From: Pseudomonadota bacterium
Lineage (GTDB): Bacteria; Pseudomonadota; Gammaproteobacteria; Steroidobacterales; Woeseiaceae
Direction of reading: 5' to 3'
Length of the DNA: 64,000 nt
Assembly: GCA_038521865.1 (NCBI GenBank)
Contig: JBCBKO010000002.1
Location: 594,798 to 658,797 of the forward strand
In this document: positions 1 to 10,045 of the stretch, piece after piece
Numbering within the stretch: the first letter of the stretch is position 1
Layout: each line of letters opens with the position of its first letter
Notes under the pieces: model-generated
What the model was told of the DNA's origin: nothing
Database searches by the model: none
What the model saw: only the letters and a program-made list of their open reading frames with translations
Position numbers and translations under genes: made by a program

Positions 1-1539
1 GTAAACGCCCGTTGATTGGAACGCGTCGAGTGCCGCGGTCATGCCGGCTTTGATGTCGTCATCGAACGCGCCCGTGTCGTTGATCTTGGCGATCAGCTCA
101 GCGTGCGAGTTGTTGGCGAAGTCGTGCATCGCAGCTTCGTAGTCGACCACTTTCTCGACCGGTACGTCGTCGAGGTAGCCTTCGTTCGCAGCGAACAATG
201 ACAGCGCCATCTCACCGACCGACAGCGGTGAGTACTGCTTCTGTTTCATCAATTCGGTGACACGCTGACCACGTTCGAGCTGCTTCCGGGTCGCCTCATC
301 AAGGTCGGAAGCAAACTGAGCAAATGCCGCCAGTTCGCGATACTGCGCGAGCGCCAGACGAACACCGCCGCCAAGCTTCTTGATGATTTTTGTCTGCGCA
401 GAACCACCCACACGAGATACCGAAAGACCCGCGTTGATCGCAGGCCGAATACCCGCGTTAAACAGATCGGTCTCCAGGAAGATCTGACCATCGGTAATTG
501 AGATCACGTTGGTCGGTACGAACGCCGACACGTCACCCGCCTGGGTTTCGATGATCGGCAACGCCGTCAGTGAGCCCGTCTTGCCCGTGACTTCGCCGTT
601 GGTTTGCTCTTCCACGAACTTCGCGTTGACGCGAGCGGCACGCTCAAGCAGACGAGAATGAAGGTAGAAAACGTCACCCGGATACGCTTCACGACCTGGC
701 GGACGACGCAGCAACAGGGAGACCTGGCGATAGGCCATCGCCTGCTTGGTCAAGTCATCAAAAATAATCAGAGCGTCTTCACCACGATCGCGGAAGTACT
801 CGCCCATCGCCGTGCCGGCGTATGGCGCGATGTACTGCATCGCCGGTGACTGGGCGGCAGAAGCGTTAACGACGATGGTGTGATCCATCGCGCCTTCTTC
901 TTCCAGCTTACGCACGACCGCTGCCACCGAGCTGTCTTTCTGCCCAACTGCAACGTAAATACATTTAATGCCGGTGCCTTTCTGGTTGATGATCGCATCG
1001 ATCGCCACAGCGGTCTTACCGGTCTGGCGGTCACCGATGATCAACTCACGCTGGCCGCGACCAATCGGCACCATCGCATCAATCGCTTTCAGGCCGGTCT
1101 GTACTGGCTGATCGACTGACTGACGGTCGATAACGCCCGGTGCGACTTTCTCGATCGGCGATGAGGTAGACGTCGTGATCGGTGCTTTGCCGTCGATCGC
1201 TTCACCCAGCGAGTTCACAACCCGGCCGAGCAACTCCGGACCTACTGGCACCTCGAGAATACGACCTGTTGTCTTGACTGTGTCGCCTTCGGAGATGTGC
1301 TTGTAGTCACCGAGAACAACCGCGCCCACTGAGTCCTGCTCGAGGTTCAGCGCGAGCCCGAAGGTGTTGCCCGGAAACTCGAGCATCTCACCGTACTTGG
1401 CATCAGCCAGCCCATGGATACGGGTGATGCCGTCTGATACGGCGATAACGGTACCGACGTCTCGTGCCTCGGCGGCTGCATCGAAGTTCTCAATTCGTGC
1501 TTTGATCAGTTCGCTGATCTCGGACGCTTTAAGTGACAT
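1..1539 (-). CDS. atpA: F0F1 ATP synthase subunit alpha; 3' end cut by the window edge (513 codons, stop just outside)
   Basis: Absent from the ORF track because there is no stop in the window. My reverse-complement translation from ATG 1539 gives [19 protein letters not shown].., a canonical AtpA N-terminus. The frame stays open to base 1. Lies directly downstream of atpH. Confidence 0.9.
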   Translation of the reverse strand, partial: MSLKASEISELIKARIENFDAAAEARDVGTVIAVSDGITRIHGLADAKYGEMLEFPGNTFGLALNLEQDSVGAVVLGDYKHISEGDTVKTTGRILEVPVGPELLGRVVNSLGEAIDGKAPITTSTSSPIEKVAPGVIDRQSVDQPVQTGLKAIDAMVPIGRGQRELIIGDRQTGKTAVAIDAIINQKGTGIKCIYVAVGQKDSSVAAVVRKLEEEGAMDHTIVVNASAAQSPAMQYIAPYAGTAMGEYFRDRGEDALIIFDDLTKQAMAYRQVSLLLRRPPGREAYPGDVFYLHSRLLERAARVNAKFVEEQTNGEVTGKTGSLTALPIIETQAGDVSAFVPTNVISITDGQIFLETDLFNAGIRPAINAGLSVSRVGGSAQTKIIKKLGGGVRLALAQYRELAAFAQFASDLDEATRKQLERGQRVTELMKQKQYSPLSVGEMALSLFAANEGYLDDVPVEKVVDYEAAMHDFANNSHAELIAKINDTGAFDDDIKAGMTAALDAFQSTGVY

Positions 1540-1557
1540 GGTCTGTATTCCTTAAAC

Positions 1558-2118
1558 TTACTTTTGCAGCACCGCGGACATACGCGAGAGCTTCGATCGT
1601 ACGGAGCCGTCGATGACAAAATCACCAGCGCGAATCACCGCACCGCCGATCAGCCCTTCGTCGACTTCCGTCGTAATGTCCACGTTGCGGCCCAGCCGTG
1701 ACTTCAGCGCCTCGGCAATTTCATTTTTCTGGGAGTCATCGATCGCACTGGCCGCCGTGATCGTGACGTTAACGATTTGCTCGGCCTTGCGCTTCAGCAG
1801 TTCAACCTGCTCCGCAATAACCGGCAGCAACGCCAGGCGATCGTTCTCGATCAGCAGCTTCAGCAGGTTTTCGCCATTACCGCCCGCAGCAGCCAACGGC
1901 TTCGCGTCCGGGATATCTGCGAATACGCCCTGCAAAATACCGAGCAGTTGCTCGGGGCTGACGGCCGGATGGTCGATCAGACCCGCGATCTGCGGATCGC
2001 TGACAACAATACCTGCAGCCTTCAAGGCAGCGGACATCGGGGCGAGCGAATCGCTCTCGCTCGCCACAGCGAAAGCCGCTTGAGCGTAGGGTCGTGCCAG
2101 CGTGTCGTTATCAGCCAT
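1558..2118 (-). CDS. atpH: F0F1 ATP synthase subunit delta (OSCP)
   Basis: 186-aa ORF starting MADNDTLARPYAQAAFAVA.., typical of delta. Sits between atpF and atpA. Confidence 0.9.
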   Translation of the reverse strand: MADNDTLARPYAQAAFAVASESDSLAPMSAALKAAGIVVSDPQIAGLIDHPAVSPEQLLGILQGVFADIPDAKPLAAAGGNGENLLKLLIENDRLALLPVIAEQVELLKRKAEQIVNVTITAASAIDDSQKNEIAEALKSRLGRNVDITTEVDEGLIGGAVIRAGDFVIDGSVRSKLSRMSAVLQK

Positions 2119-2147
2119 GCGGTATTACCTGCAACTCGATATGCCAG

Positions 2148-2618
2148 TTAGATCTGCTTGGCGAGATCGCCGATCAGATCTTTATGGACGCCCGCATCAA
2201 TTTCGCGACTCAGAATCTTCGACGCTGTGGCCAGAGCCAGCTCGGCTACCTGATCGCGCAACTCTTCGCGTGCGCGGTTGGTTTCCTGCTCGATCTCGGC
2301 TTGCGCCGCCGTCAGCTGGCGATCGCGCTCGCGAACACCCTCGTCTTTGCCTTCAGCGATGATCTCGTTCGCACGAGAGCGCGCCTGGTCGAGGATGTCT
2401 GCCGCTTGCGCTCGCGCTTCGGCAACCAACTCGTCGACTTTCGATTCGGCTTTCGCCAGATCCTGCTGACCGCGCTCGGCGGCGGCGAGACCGTCAGCGA
2501 TTTCCTGGCGACGTGCCTCAATCGCCTCGATCAACGGAGGCCAGACTTTCCACATCACGAATCCCACGAACAGCAGGAACGTGATCATTTGTCCGATGAC
2601 GCTAATATTTGGATCCAC
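2148..2618 (-). CDS. atpF: F0F1 ATP synthase subunit b
   Basis: 156 aa with one N-terminal TM (IGQMITFLLFVGFVMWKVWPPL) followed by a long charged helix. Operon position fits. Confidence 0.9.
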   Translation of the reverse strand: MDPNISVIGQMITFLLFVGFVMWKVWPPLIEAIEARRQEIADGLAAAERGQQDLAKAESKVDELVAEARAQAADILDQARSRANEIIAEGKDEGVRERDRQLTAAQAEIEQETNRAREELRDQVAELALATASKILSREIDAGVHKDLIGDLAKQI

Positions 2619-2665
2619 GTGCGATTACTCCGAATGCGTTACTCGAAACCGGTTACCCGGACGAA

Positions 2666-2953
<288 letters not shown>

Positions 2954-2982
2954 TCAAAACGCGTGAAGCGTGAACAAAAAAA

Positions 2983-3828
<846 letters not shown>

Positions 3829-4221
3829 CTATTTCACGGTCGGTTTGTCCCCATTGACGTCGTCGCTGATCGTCCACCGAATTGCCGCGCCATAAACCGT
3901 CAATGTCGCGAAAAACACGCTCGCGAACGGAATAAACTGTGACGCGAAGAATTTGGCGACTACGCCGAACATCAACGCCGCACCCAAGATTTTGAAAATC
4001 TCGGCGCGATAAAAGGCCGCCACAATTGCTTGCGGCGGCGCCGAATCTGGCCGGGAAAGCACCCGGGCTGCCGCTTGCAAGGTCAGCAGCGCGCTGCCGA
4101 GGCCACCAGCCAGACCGGCAAATGCCGCGGCGGGGCTGTCGATCAGCCATATCAAGGCTCCCAGAACTCCGATGAGCGCCTGCCACATCACGATGCGGAC
4201 AGGGACAGCGCGGGATCGCAC
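3829..4221 (-). CDS. atpI: ATP synthase protein I
   Basis: 130-aa small hydrophobic protein (4 predicted TM) immediately upstream of atpB. Position and composition are typical. An alternative start lies a few codons in (MWQALIG). Confidence 0.7.
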   Translation of the reverse strand: MRSRAVPVRIVMWQALIGVLGALIWLIDSPAAAFAGLAGGLGSALLTLQAAARVLSRPDSAPPQAIVAAFYRAEIFKILGAALMFGVVAKFFASQFIPFASVFFATLTVYGAAIRWTISDDVNGDKPTVK

Positions 4222-4487
4222 GGCACGCCTCCTTGGGCAATAACGCCGGGCCGGAAACCAAAAGCGGGCGCAGTATAAAGGTTCTCAGGCACCGGGGTAA
4301 ACCCCTGAATCGGAAACGGCTTGGCGAAGAGCCTGCGGTGCGAAAAACCCTGTAATTACCGAGTATTGAGAGGCTCGACACAGTTCCCAAGAAGCGTCTT
4401 CTCTACAGTTATGTCGTCCGGCGCCGCTACGCAAGTCAGCAGGAAAAGGCCATAGACGTCGACTTCGCCCAAGGAAGTGCACAGATC

Positions 4488-5327
4488 ATGACGCAGTTTG
4501 ACCACGACACCATCGCCAGAGCGCTCGAAGAAGAGCAGCTTTTTATCCAATACCAGCCCAAAATGGCGCGCCCAACCGGTCAATCGGAGTGGGTCACTAC
4601 AGAGGCGGAATCATTGATTCGCTGGCGGCACCCGGATCAGGGGTTGGTATCACCGATGGAATTCCTCCCCACGGCTGTCGAGGTGGGCCTGATGCCCGCT
4701 ATTGGCGATTTCGTGCTCGAAAAGACACTGACCCAGCTAACGCGCTGGCGCGAGAGCGGGCTGAATCTCAACGGTTGCGTCAATCTCGATGCCTCCTTGT
4801 TACAAGACACAAGCCTCGCATCCCACTACGAACGCATAGTCAGCCAGTTCAACCTGCCGTGCGACGCCATTACCTTTGAAGTGGCGCAGCCCGGTATCGC
4901 CGGAGCTGAGGACCGATGCGCCCAGGTTCTGTCGGCTTTGCGCAGCCGCGGATTCCGTCTGTCGCTGGATGATTTCGGTGCGGCGAGAGAATCGCTGAGT
5001 TCCTTCGGCAAACTCGACTTCGATGAAATCAAGATTCACGCCTCGTTACTCATTGAGGCCCGCGAGAACATCATGACGAGGCACGCTCTGGCAGCGGTTA
5101 CCGGCATGGCTCACGCGCTTGGCATCACCGTCTGTGCGGAAGGGGTCGAGGATCAGGCGACCTTTGAATTCCTGAAAGAGATCAAGTGCGACAAGATGCA
5201 GGGCTTCTTCATATCTGAAGCCGTAATGCCCGATATCATCCAACGCGCCTATCCAGCAGTGGATGCTGCGAACACCATCGATGTGCTGAAAGAAGCGACG
5301 GGCGTTTACAAGTCGCTGCGCGCCTGA
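4488..5327 (+). CDS. Stand-alone EAL-domain protein (c-di-GMP phosphodiesterase-like, several motifs degenerate)
   Basis: 279 aa. QYQPK.., ESLIRWRHP (in place of EAL), N in VNLDAS, LDDFG, CAEGVE, QGFF. See the finding for deviations. Confidence 0.85.
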   Translation: MTQFDHDTIARALEEEQLFIQYQPKMARPTGQSEWVTTEAESLIRWRHPDQGLVSPMEFLPTAVEVGLMPAIGDFVLEKTLTQLTRWRESGLNLNGCVNLDASLLQDTSLASHYERIVSQFNLPCDAITFEVAQPGIAGAEDRCAQVLSALRSRGFRLSLDDFGAARESLSSFGKLDFDEIKIHASLLIEARENIMTRHALAAVTGMAHALGITVCAEGVEDQATFEFLKEIKCDKMQGFFISEAVMPDIIQRAYPAVDAANTIDVLKEATGVYKSLRA

Positions 5328-5347
5328 TTCGACGGGGCGGGTGGCAC

Positions 5348-6244
5348 CTATTCCTTGCGCAAGCGCTCAAGTACGCCTTCCAGCTCGTCGAGACTGTTAT
5401 AGGCGATCGACAACGTACCTTTTCCGCGTTTTCCCGAGCTGACGGTCACTTTCGACCCCAACTTTTCGGTCAATTCCTGCTCGAGGCGCGCGATGTCCGG
5501 ATCTTTGCGCGGGGCTTTCCGTGCGGGCTGGATCGGTTGACCCGCAGCGCGAACGCGCCGCTCGGTTTCGCGAACCGTCATACCGCGCGCAACCACTTCA
5601 CGCGCCAACATCGCCTGATCAGAACCCCGCTCTAGCCCCAGCAGAGCCCGGGCATGGCCCATGTCGAGCTTGCGACGCTCGAGCAGGTCTTGCACCACCG
5701 GATCAAGGTCGAGAAGCCGCAACAGGTTGGATACCGAGGCGCGACTGCGTCCGACCGCATCAGCACCCTCTTGGTGCGTCAGCTCGAATTCTGTAATCAA
5801 TCGAGATAGCGCACGTGCCTCTTCCAAGGGGTTCAGATCCTCACGCTGAATGTTCTCGATCAGCGCCATGGCAACCGCTTCGTTGTCGGACACCTCGTGG
5901 ATGATCACGGGAACCTCATCGAGACCGGCGATTTGCGCGGCACGCCAGCGGCGCTCGCCGGCGATGATCTCGAAATCCGCATCATCGGCACCGGAGATCG
6001 GCCGCACGGCTATCGGCTGGACAATGCCCTGCGCTCGGATGGATGCGGCAAGCTCATCCAGAGTGTCTTTGCGCATGTCCACGCGCGGTTGGTAACGACC
6101 GCGTTGCATCCGGTCGATGGCAAGCATGCGCGGCGACGCGCTGCCACTTGCAGGGTCATTCTTTTTCGTTGCGCCGGATTGCTGGGCAGCATCACCGAGC
6201 AACGCTCCCAATCCTCTGCCAAGACTCTTACGCTTGTTCGCCAT
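5348..6244 (-). CDS. parB: Chromosome partitioning protein ParB/Spo0J
   Basis: 298 aa with the ParB box IIAGERRWRAA and an HTH region (QEGADAVGRSRASVSNLLRLL). Downstream of parA. Confidence 0.9.
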   Translation of the reverse strand: MANKRKSLGRGLGALLGDAAQQSGATKKNDPASGSASPRMLAIDRMQRGRYQPRVDMRKDTLDELAASIRAQGIVQPIAVRPISGADDADFEIIAGERRWRAAQIAGLDEVPVIIHEVSDNEAVAMALIENIQREDLNPLEEARALSRLITEFELTHQEGADAVGRSRASVSNLLRLLDLDPVVQDLLERRKLDMGHARALLGLERGSDQAMLAREVVARGMTVRETERRVRAAGQPIQPARKAPRKDPDIARLEQELTEKLGSKVTVSSGKRGKGTLSIAYNSLDELEGVLERLRKE

Positions 6245-6276
6245 GCCTTTTCCGCTTCGTTTGCCGGGCGGCTACC

Positions 6277-7068
6277 CTAGTGGGCTGCGGCGGCAGCTGC
6301 AAGTGACTCCTCACGACGAATGATCTCGCCAGCCAGGGCAAGGTAGGCCAACGCCCCCCTGGAATGCCGATCGTGCAGCAGCACTGGTCGGCCGAAACTG
6401 GGCGCTTCGGCGAGGCGCACATTGCGCGGGATGATCGTTCGGTACACCTTCTCACCGAAATGCTCGTGCAATTGAGCCGAGACGGCATTAGCCAGGTTGT
6501 TTCTCGGGTCAAACATCGTGCGTAGCAGCCCATAAACCTCCAGATCCGGGTTTACGGAATCACGCACCTGCTCGATCGTGGTCAGTAATGCGGTCAGCCC
6601 TTCGAGGGCGTAGTACTCGCATTGCATCGGAATCAACACACCATCGGCCGCCGTAAGCGCATTGACCGTCAACATGTTGATCGACGGTGGGCAATCAATC
6701 AGCACAAAATCGTACATGCCCAAGACCGGCTTCAATGCCTTGCGAAGTCGTAACTCGCGACCGATTTCCTGCAACAGCTGGACTTCGGCAAGCGTCAGGT
6801 CATCGTTGCCGGGCAATACCGCAAAGTTGCCCTCTGGCGCGGACACAATCGAGTCGGCAGCGCTCGCATCATTCAGCAAGACGTCGCAGGCGCTTCGTTC
6901 GAGGTTCATCTTGTCGATCCCGCAACCCATGGTCGCGTTGCCCTGCGGATCGATATCGATCAACAGAACACGGCGCTGCGTCGCCGCTAAAGAAGCGGCG
7001 AGATTCACGCTGGTCGTGGTTTTTCCAACACCACCCTTCTGGTTGGCGATCGCGAGGACGCGGGTCAT
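6277..7068 (-). CDS. parA: Chromosome partitioning ATPase ParA/Soj
   Basis: 263 aa with the deviant Walker A NQKGGVGKTTT and Walker A' LLIDIDPQGN. Confidence 0.92.
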   Translation of the reverse strand: MTRVLAIANQKGGVGKTTTSVNLAASLAATQRRVLLIDIDPQGNATMGCGIDKMNLERSACDVLLNDASAADSIVSAPEGNFAVLPGNDDLTLAEVQLLQEIGRELRLRKALKPVLGMYDFVLIDCPPSINMLTVNALTAADGVLIPMQCEYYALEGLTALLTTIEQVRDSVNPDLEVYGLLRTMFDPRNNLANAVSAQLHEHFGEKVYRTIIPRNVRLAEAPSFGRPVLLHDRHSRGALAYLALAGEIIRREESLAAAAAAH

Positions 7069-7121
7069 GCGTCAGCCCTCTTTATATTCGGTAGTTCTTA
7101 AAGGCCGGTTTTCTTTGAAAC

Positions 7122-7769
7122 CTAATGGTGGCGAACGGTCACGAGGTGGCGCTCACCGGTCAATAAGGGTACCACTACCTGGCGCTGCTCGGCGTGCCAG
7201 CCGGCCGGAAGTGCTCCAGATTCGTCGCTGGATAGCGACTGCCCCTTCAGCGCTACGATTTTTCCACCATCTGCTACCAGATGCTGTGTCCAGGCGACGA
7301 TATCGGCAAGGCTCGCGAATGCCCGGCAGGTCACGACATCGAAGGGCGTCTCGACATAATCCTCAACCCGCGCATGGATCGCTGACGCATTCTCGAGGCC
7401 GAGCGCATCGATGACTCGTTGCACAAACCGGACTTTCTTCGCCGATGCATCAAGCAGTACAAAGGTTTGGTCGGACTTTGTGATTGCCAATGGCAATCCC
7501 GGGAAGCCACCACCAGTGCCGACATCCAAGACACGGTCGCCCGAGATCGCGGGCGCTGCCGCCAGACTATCGAGCAAATGCTTGATGACCATATCGCGCG
7601 GGTCGCGTATTGCTGTCAGGTTGTAAGCGCGATTCCACTTACTCAACATTGCGACGATGATCAACAGATCGGTGATCTGAGCGCCGCTTAGCGCAAGATC
7701 CAGCTGCTTTGCCCCGGATTCCAGTGTCTCGCGAAGCGCAGGGTTTTGCAGTTCCGGAAATTCGTCCAT
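7122..7769 (-). CDS. rsmG: 16S rRNA (guanine527-N7)-methyltransferase RsmG (GidB)
   Basis: 215 aa with SAM motif VLDVGTGGGFPGLPLA. Conserved position next to parA. Confidence 0.88.
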   Translation of the reverse strand: MDEFPELQNPALRETLESGAKQLDLALSGAQITDLLIIVAMLSKWNRAYNLTAIRDPRDMVIKHLLDSLAAAPAISGDRVLDVGTGGGFPGLPLAITKSDQTFVLLDASAKKVRFVQRVIDALGLENASAIHARVEDYVETPFDVVTCRAFASLADIVAWTQHLVADGGKIVALKGQSLSSDESGALPAGWHAEQRQVVVPLLTGERHLVTVRHH

Positions 7770-7816
7770 TTAGGAGCAGGTCCTGATGCCCGTCTGGGCA
7801 CCAGGACCTGGCTTTC

Positions 7817-9067
7817 TTACTCGATGATTCGCAGCTCGACTCGACGGTTAGCCGCTTTGCCTTCGCGGGTTGAGTTATCCGCGATTGGCTCGGCTTCTCC
7901 GTAACCGCGCACCGACAGGTTGGCTTCGTTCGCACCTGCGTTCACCAGGTAGTTGCGAACTTCACGTGCACGCCGTGCAGACAGCGACTCGTTGTACTCG
8001 GCAGCGCCATCACTATCGGTGTGACCAGCAACTTCTACAACGAGGTCCGGGTTCTTACGAAGCGTCGCAGCGGCGTCATTCAACACCTGTTCCGCGCCCG
8101 GCACCAATCGGTCCGAGTTGGTCTCAAAGTTCACGCCAGGAAGACGGATCACAGCTTTGATTTCGCAACCACGAATATCGACGCGAACGCCAGCAACCGT
8201 GTTCGGGCAACGGTCCTTGCTATCGACGACGCTGTCGCCATCGGTATCGACTTCACAGCCTTTGGCATCCACGGTAACGCCTGCAGGTGAACTTGGGCAC
8301 TGATCCATGCCATCAACCACACCGTCTCCGTCGCCATCACGCACGATCTCGCAACCTGCGGCATCAACTTCAACACCGGCGCGAGTATTCGGGCAATTGT
8401 CGATGGCATCGACGACACCGTCGTTATCAGAGTCGAACTCACAACCATCCGAGCCTACCGTTCTGCCCAACGGCGTGCGCGGACAACGGTCGAGATCGTC
8501 CGTAACCCCATCGTTATCCGAATCGGAGAAACGTGGACCGGATCCGCCAAAAGCAAACTGGAACCCCAAGGTATAGATGTTGTCCTCGAAATCCATCCCA
8601 CCGAGCTGCGCACGGTAGCGGTATTGCAGTCGCAACCCGAAGTTCTCCGTCGGTGACAGCAATACACCGGCGCCGAGACTACCGACCGCTTCTTGCTCTT
8701 CACGATCGTCACCGAGATCTTCGTAGAGGCTTCCTACGCCACCCAGAAGATAAGGCGAGAACCAGCCTTCGCGGTTGAACACTCGCAATGCGTTGACACC
8801 CACTTCCAGGTGATCCTGAGCGTTGTTCGCATCGCCATCGAAGTCGGTGCTCTCAATAAATCCTTCGAAGCTCCATTTGGGCGAGTAGTTAACACCCAGG
8901 GTTAAGCCAAACCCTTCTGCATCCTCGATCACCCTATCCGGATCATCATCCACGAGGTTCAGTGAAGGTGTGATGTAGTAGGTGGATTCCCTGTCACCAG
9001 CAAAAACAGGTGACACCAAACAGATTGCGACCAGCATTAGCGCTGGCCGATATAAGCGATTCGTCAT
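7817..9067 (-). CDS. OmpA-family outer membrane protein with thrombospondin type-3-like calcium-binding repeats
   Basis: 416 aa: signal peptide, N-terminal beta-barrel-like region, 4 TSP3-like repeats, and a C-terminal OmpA_C peptidoglycan-binding domain (GHTDSDGAAEYNESLSARRA .. NRRVEL). Confidence 0.85.
   Translation of the reverse strand: MTNRLYRPALMLVAICLVSPVFAGDRESTYYITPSLNLVDDDPDRVIEDAEGFGLTLGVNYSPKWSFEGFIESTDFDGDANNAQDHLEVGVNALRVFNREGWFSPYLLGGVGSLYEDLGDDREEQEAVGSLGAGVLLSPTENFGLRLQYRYRAQLGGMDFEDNIYTLGFQFAFGGSGPRFSDSDNDGVTDDLDRCPRTPLGRTVGSDGCEFDSDNDGVVDAIDNCPNTRAGVEVDAAGCEIVRDGDGDGVVDGMDQCPSSPAGVTVDAKGCEVDTDGDSVVDSKDRCPNTVAGVRVDIRGCEIKAVIRLPGVNFETNSDRLVPGAEQVLNDAAATLRKNPDLVVEVAGHTDSDGAAEYNESLSARRAREVRNYLVNAGANEANLSVRGYGEAEPIADNSTREGKAANRRVELRIIE
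8165..8527 (-). repeat. Four tandem in-frame TSP3-like repeats (DxDxDGVxDxxDxCPxTxxGxxVDxxGCE)
   Basis: aa 181-301 of the OmpA-like protein: DSDNDGVTDDLDRCPRTPLGRTVGSDGCE / DSDNDGVVDAIDNCPNTRAGVEVDAAGCE / DGDGDGVVDGMDQCPSSPAGVTVDAKGCE / DTDGDSVVDSKDRCPNTVAGVRVDIRGCE. Confidence 0.8.
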
Positions 9068-9162
9068 GAGTTGTCCCTCTTACGGTTTTAGTTGCGTCTA
9101 ACTCGCACACCGAGTGGGCATTGTCCTGTCGAATGCCCGTCAGGACAAGAACAAGCGTCGTG

Positions 9163-9819
9163 CTATTTCTCGTGCTGGGTGGTGTAGAGCCCTTTCTGCG
9201 CAGAAAAGTAGGCCGCGAGCGCTTCGATATCGTCATCGGAGAGCGCGCCGGCCAGCCCCGCCATGACCGCATTTTTACGAACGTTCTCGCCGCCGGTTTC
9301 TTCCGCATTCGCCAGTCGGTACTGACGCAGGGCAGCGACGATGTAGTCTTTGTGTTGTCCCGCGAGATTCGGCCAGATTTCGTTGTTGCTAACGCCTTTC
9401 TCGCCATGGCACGCGACGCAGGTTTGTGACTTCTCTTTGCCTTTACTGACGCCCGCCGTTACGACATCCCCCTCCTGTACCTCGCCGCGACTCGCAAAGT
9501 AGGCCGCAAGATCCGCGATATCCTGATCACTCAGTGAGCCTGCCTGCGCGCGCATCGTCGCATGCGACCGCTCTCCGGAGCGGTAAGCCTTCAGTGCGAT
9601 CTGAATGTAGGTTTCTTGTTGGCCGCCCAACATGGGCACGCGGTAAGCAGGGTAGGCGTTGCGGTAGCCCTCGATGCCGTGGCATCCCAGGCAGGAGTAG
9701 GCCAAAACCTTACCCTTCTCAGCGTCACCGACGGTTTGGGCTGAAACTGCGCTCGCTGCAACAAGCAGCACGATTATCGCTGTTGCCTGCAGCAACAGCC
9801 GGAGAGAATCATTCGTCAT
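9163..9819 (-). CDS. Dihaem cytochrome c4
   Basis: Two CxxCH motifs (CLGCH, CVACH), each followed by a distal Met region. The start is moved from the ORF-track GTG 10023 to ATG 9819, which gives the signal peptide MTNDSLRLLLQATAIIVLLVAASAVSAQ. Confidence 0.85.
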   Translation of the reverse strand: MTNDSLRLLLQATAIIVLLVAASAVSAQTVGDAEKGKVLAYSCLGCHGIEGYRNAYPAYRVPMLGGQQETYIQIALKAYRSGERSHATMRAQAGSLSDQDIADLAAYFASRGEVQEGDVVTAGVSKGKEKSQTCVACHGEKGVSNNEIWPNLAGQHKDYIVAALRQYRLANAEETGGENVRKNAVMAGLAGALSDDDIEALAAYFSAQKGLYTTQHEK

Positions 9820-10045
9820 TATTTGTGTCCGATTAACGAAGCTTCGCAGCGTTTTGAAGTTGTCCCGTGCTGCGCCGCAGGCCGAGCCTACGAGCGGATA
9901 TGTTAGTGCCTGCATGCGGTTTTTTCCACAGAATCTAGCCGAGCTGTGACCGATTTCGCGAGACCTGGGTTTGACTAGATTCGAACCGAACGCGGTACAC
10001 TCGGCCGCGTCACCTCCATGCACCTAGGGAATTCTTCGACACATC

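Noticed and set aside
9975-10018. tRNA-like fragment on the minus strand. It contains GGTTCGAATCT (a T-loop-like 11-mer, plus-strand 9977-9987) preceded by CGCGG-CCGAGTGTA-CCGCG (a D-arm-like hairpin typical of class II tRNAs).
   Set aside because: The T-stem does not close (TTCGG versus CTAGT). There is no anticodon arm and no 3' acceptor strand complementary to GGAGGTG. This is at best an ancient remnant or a chance match, not a gene. It lies in the divergent promoter region between cytochrome c4 and the DUF945-like gene.
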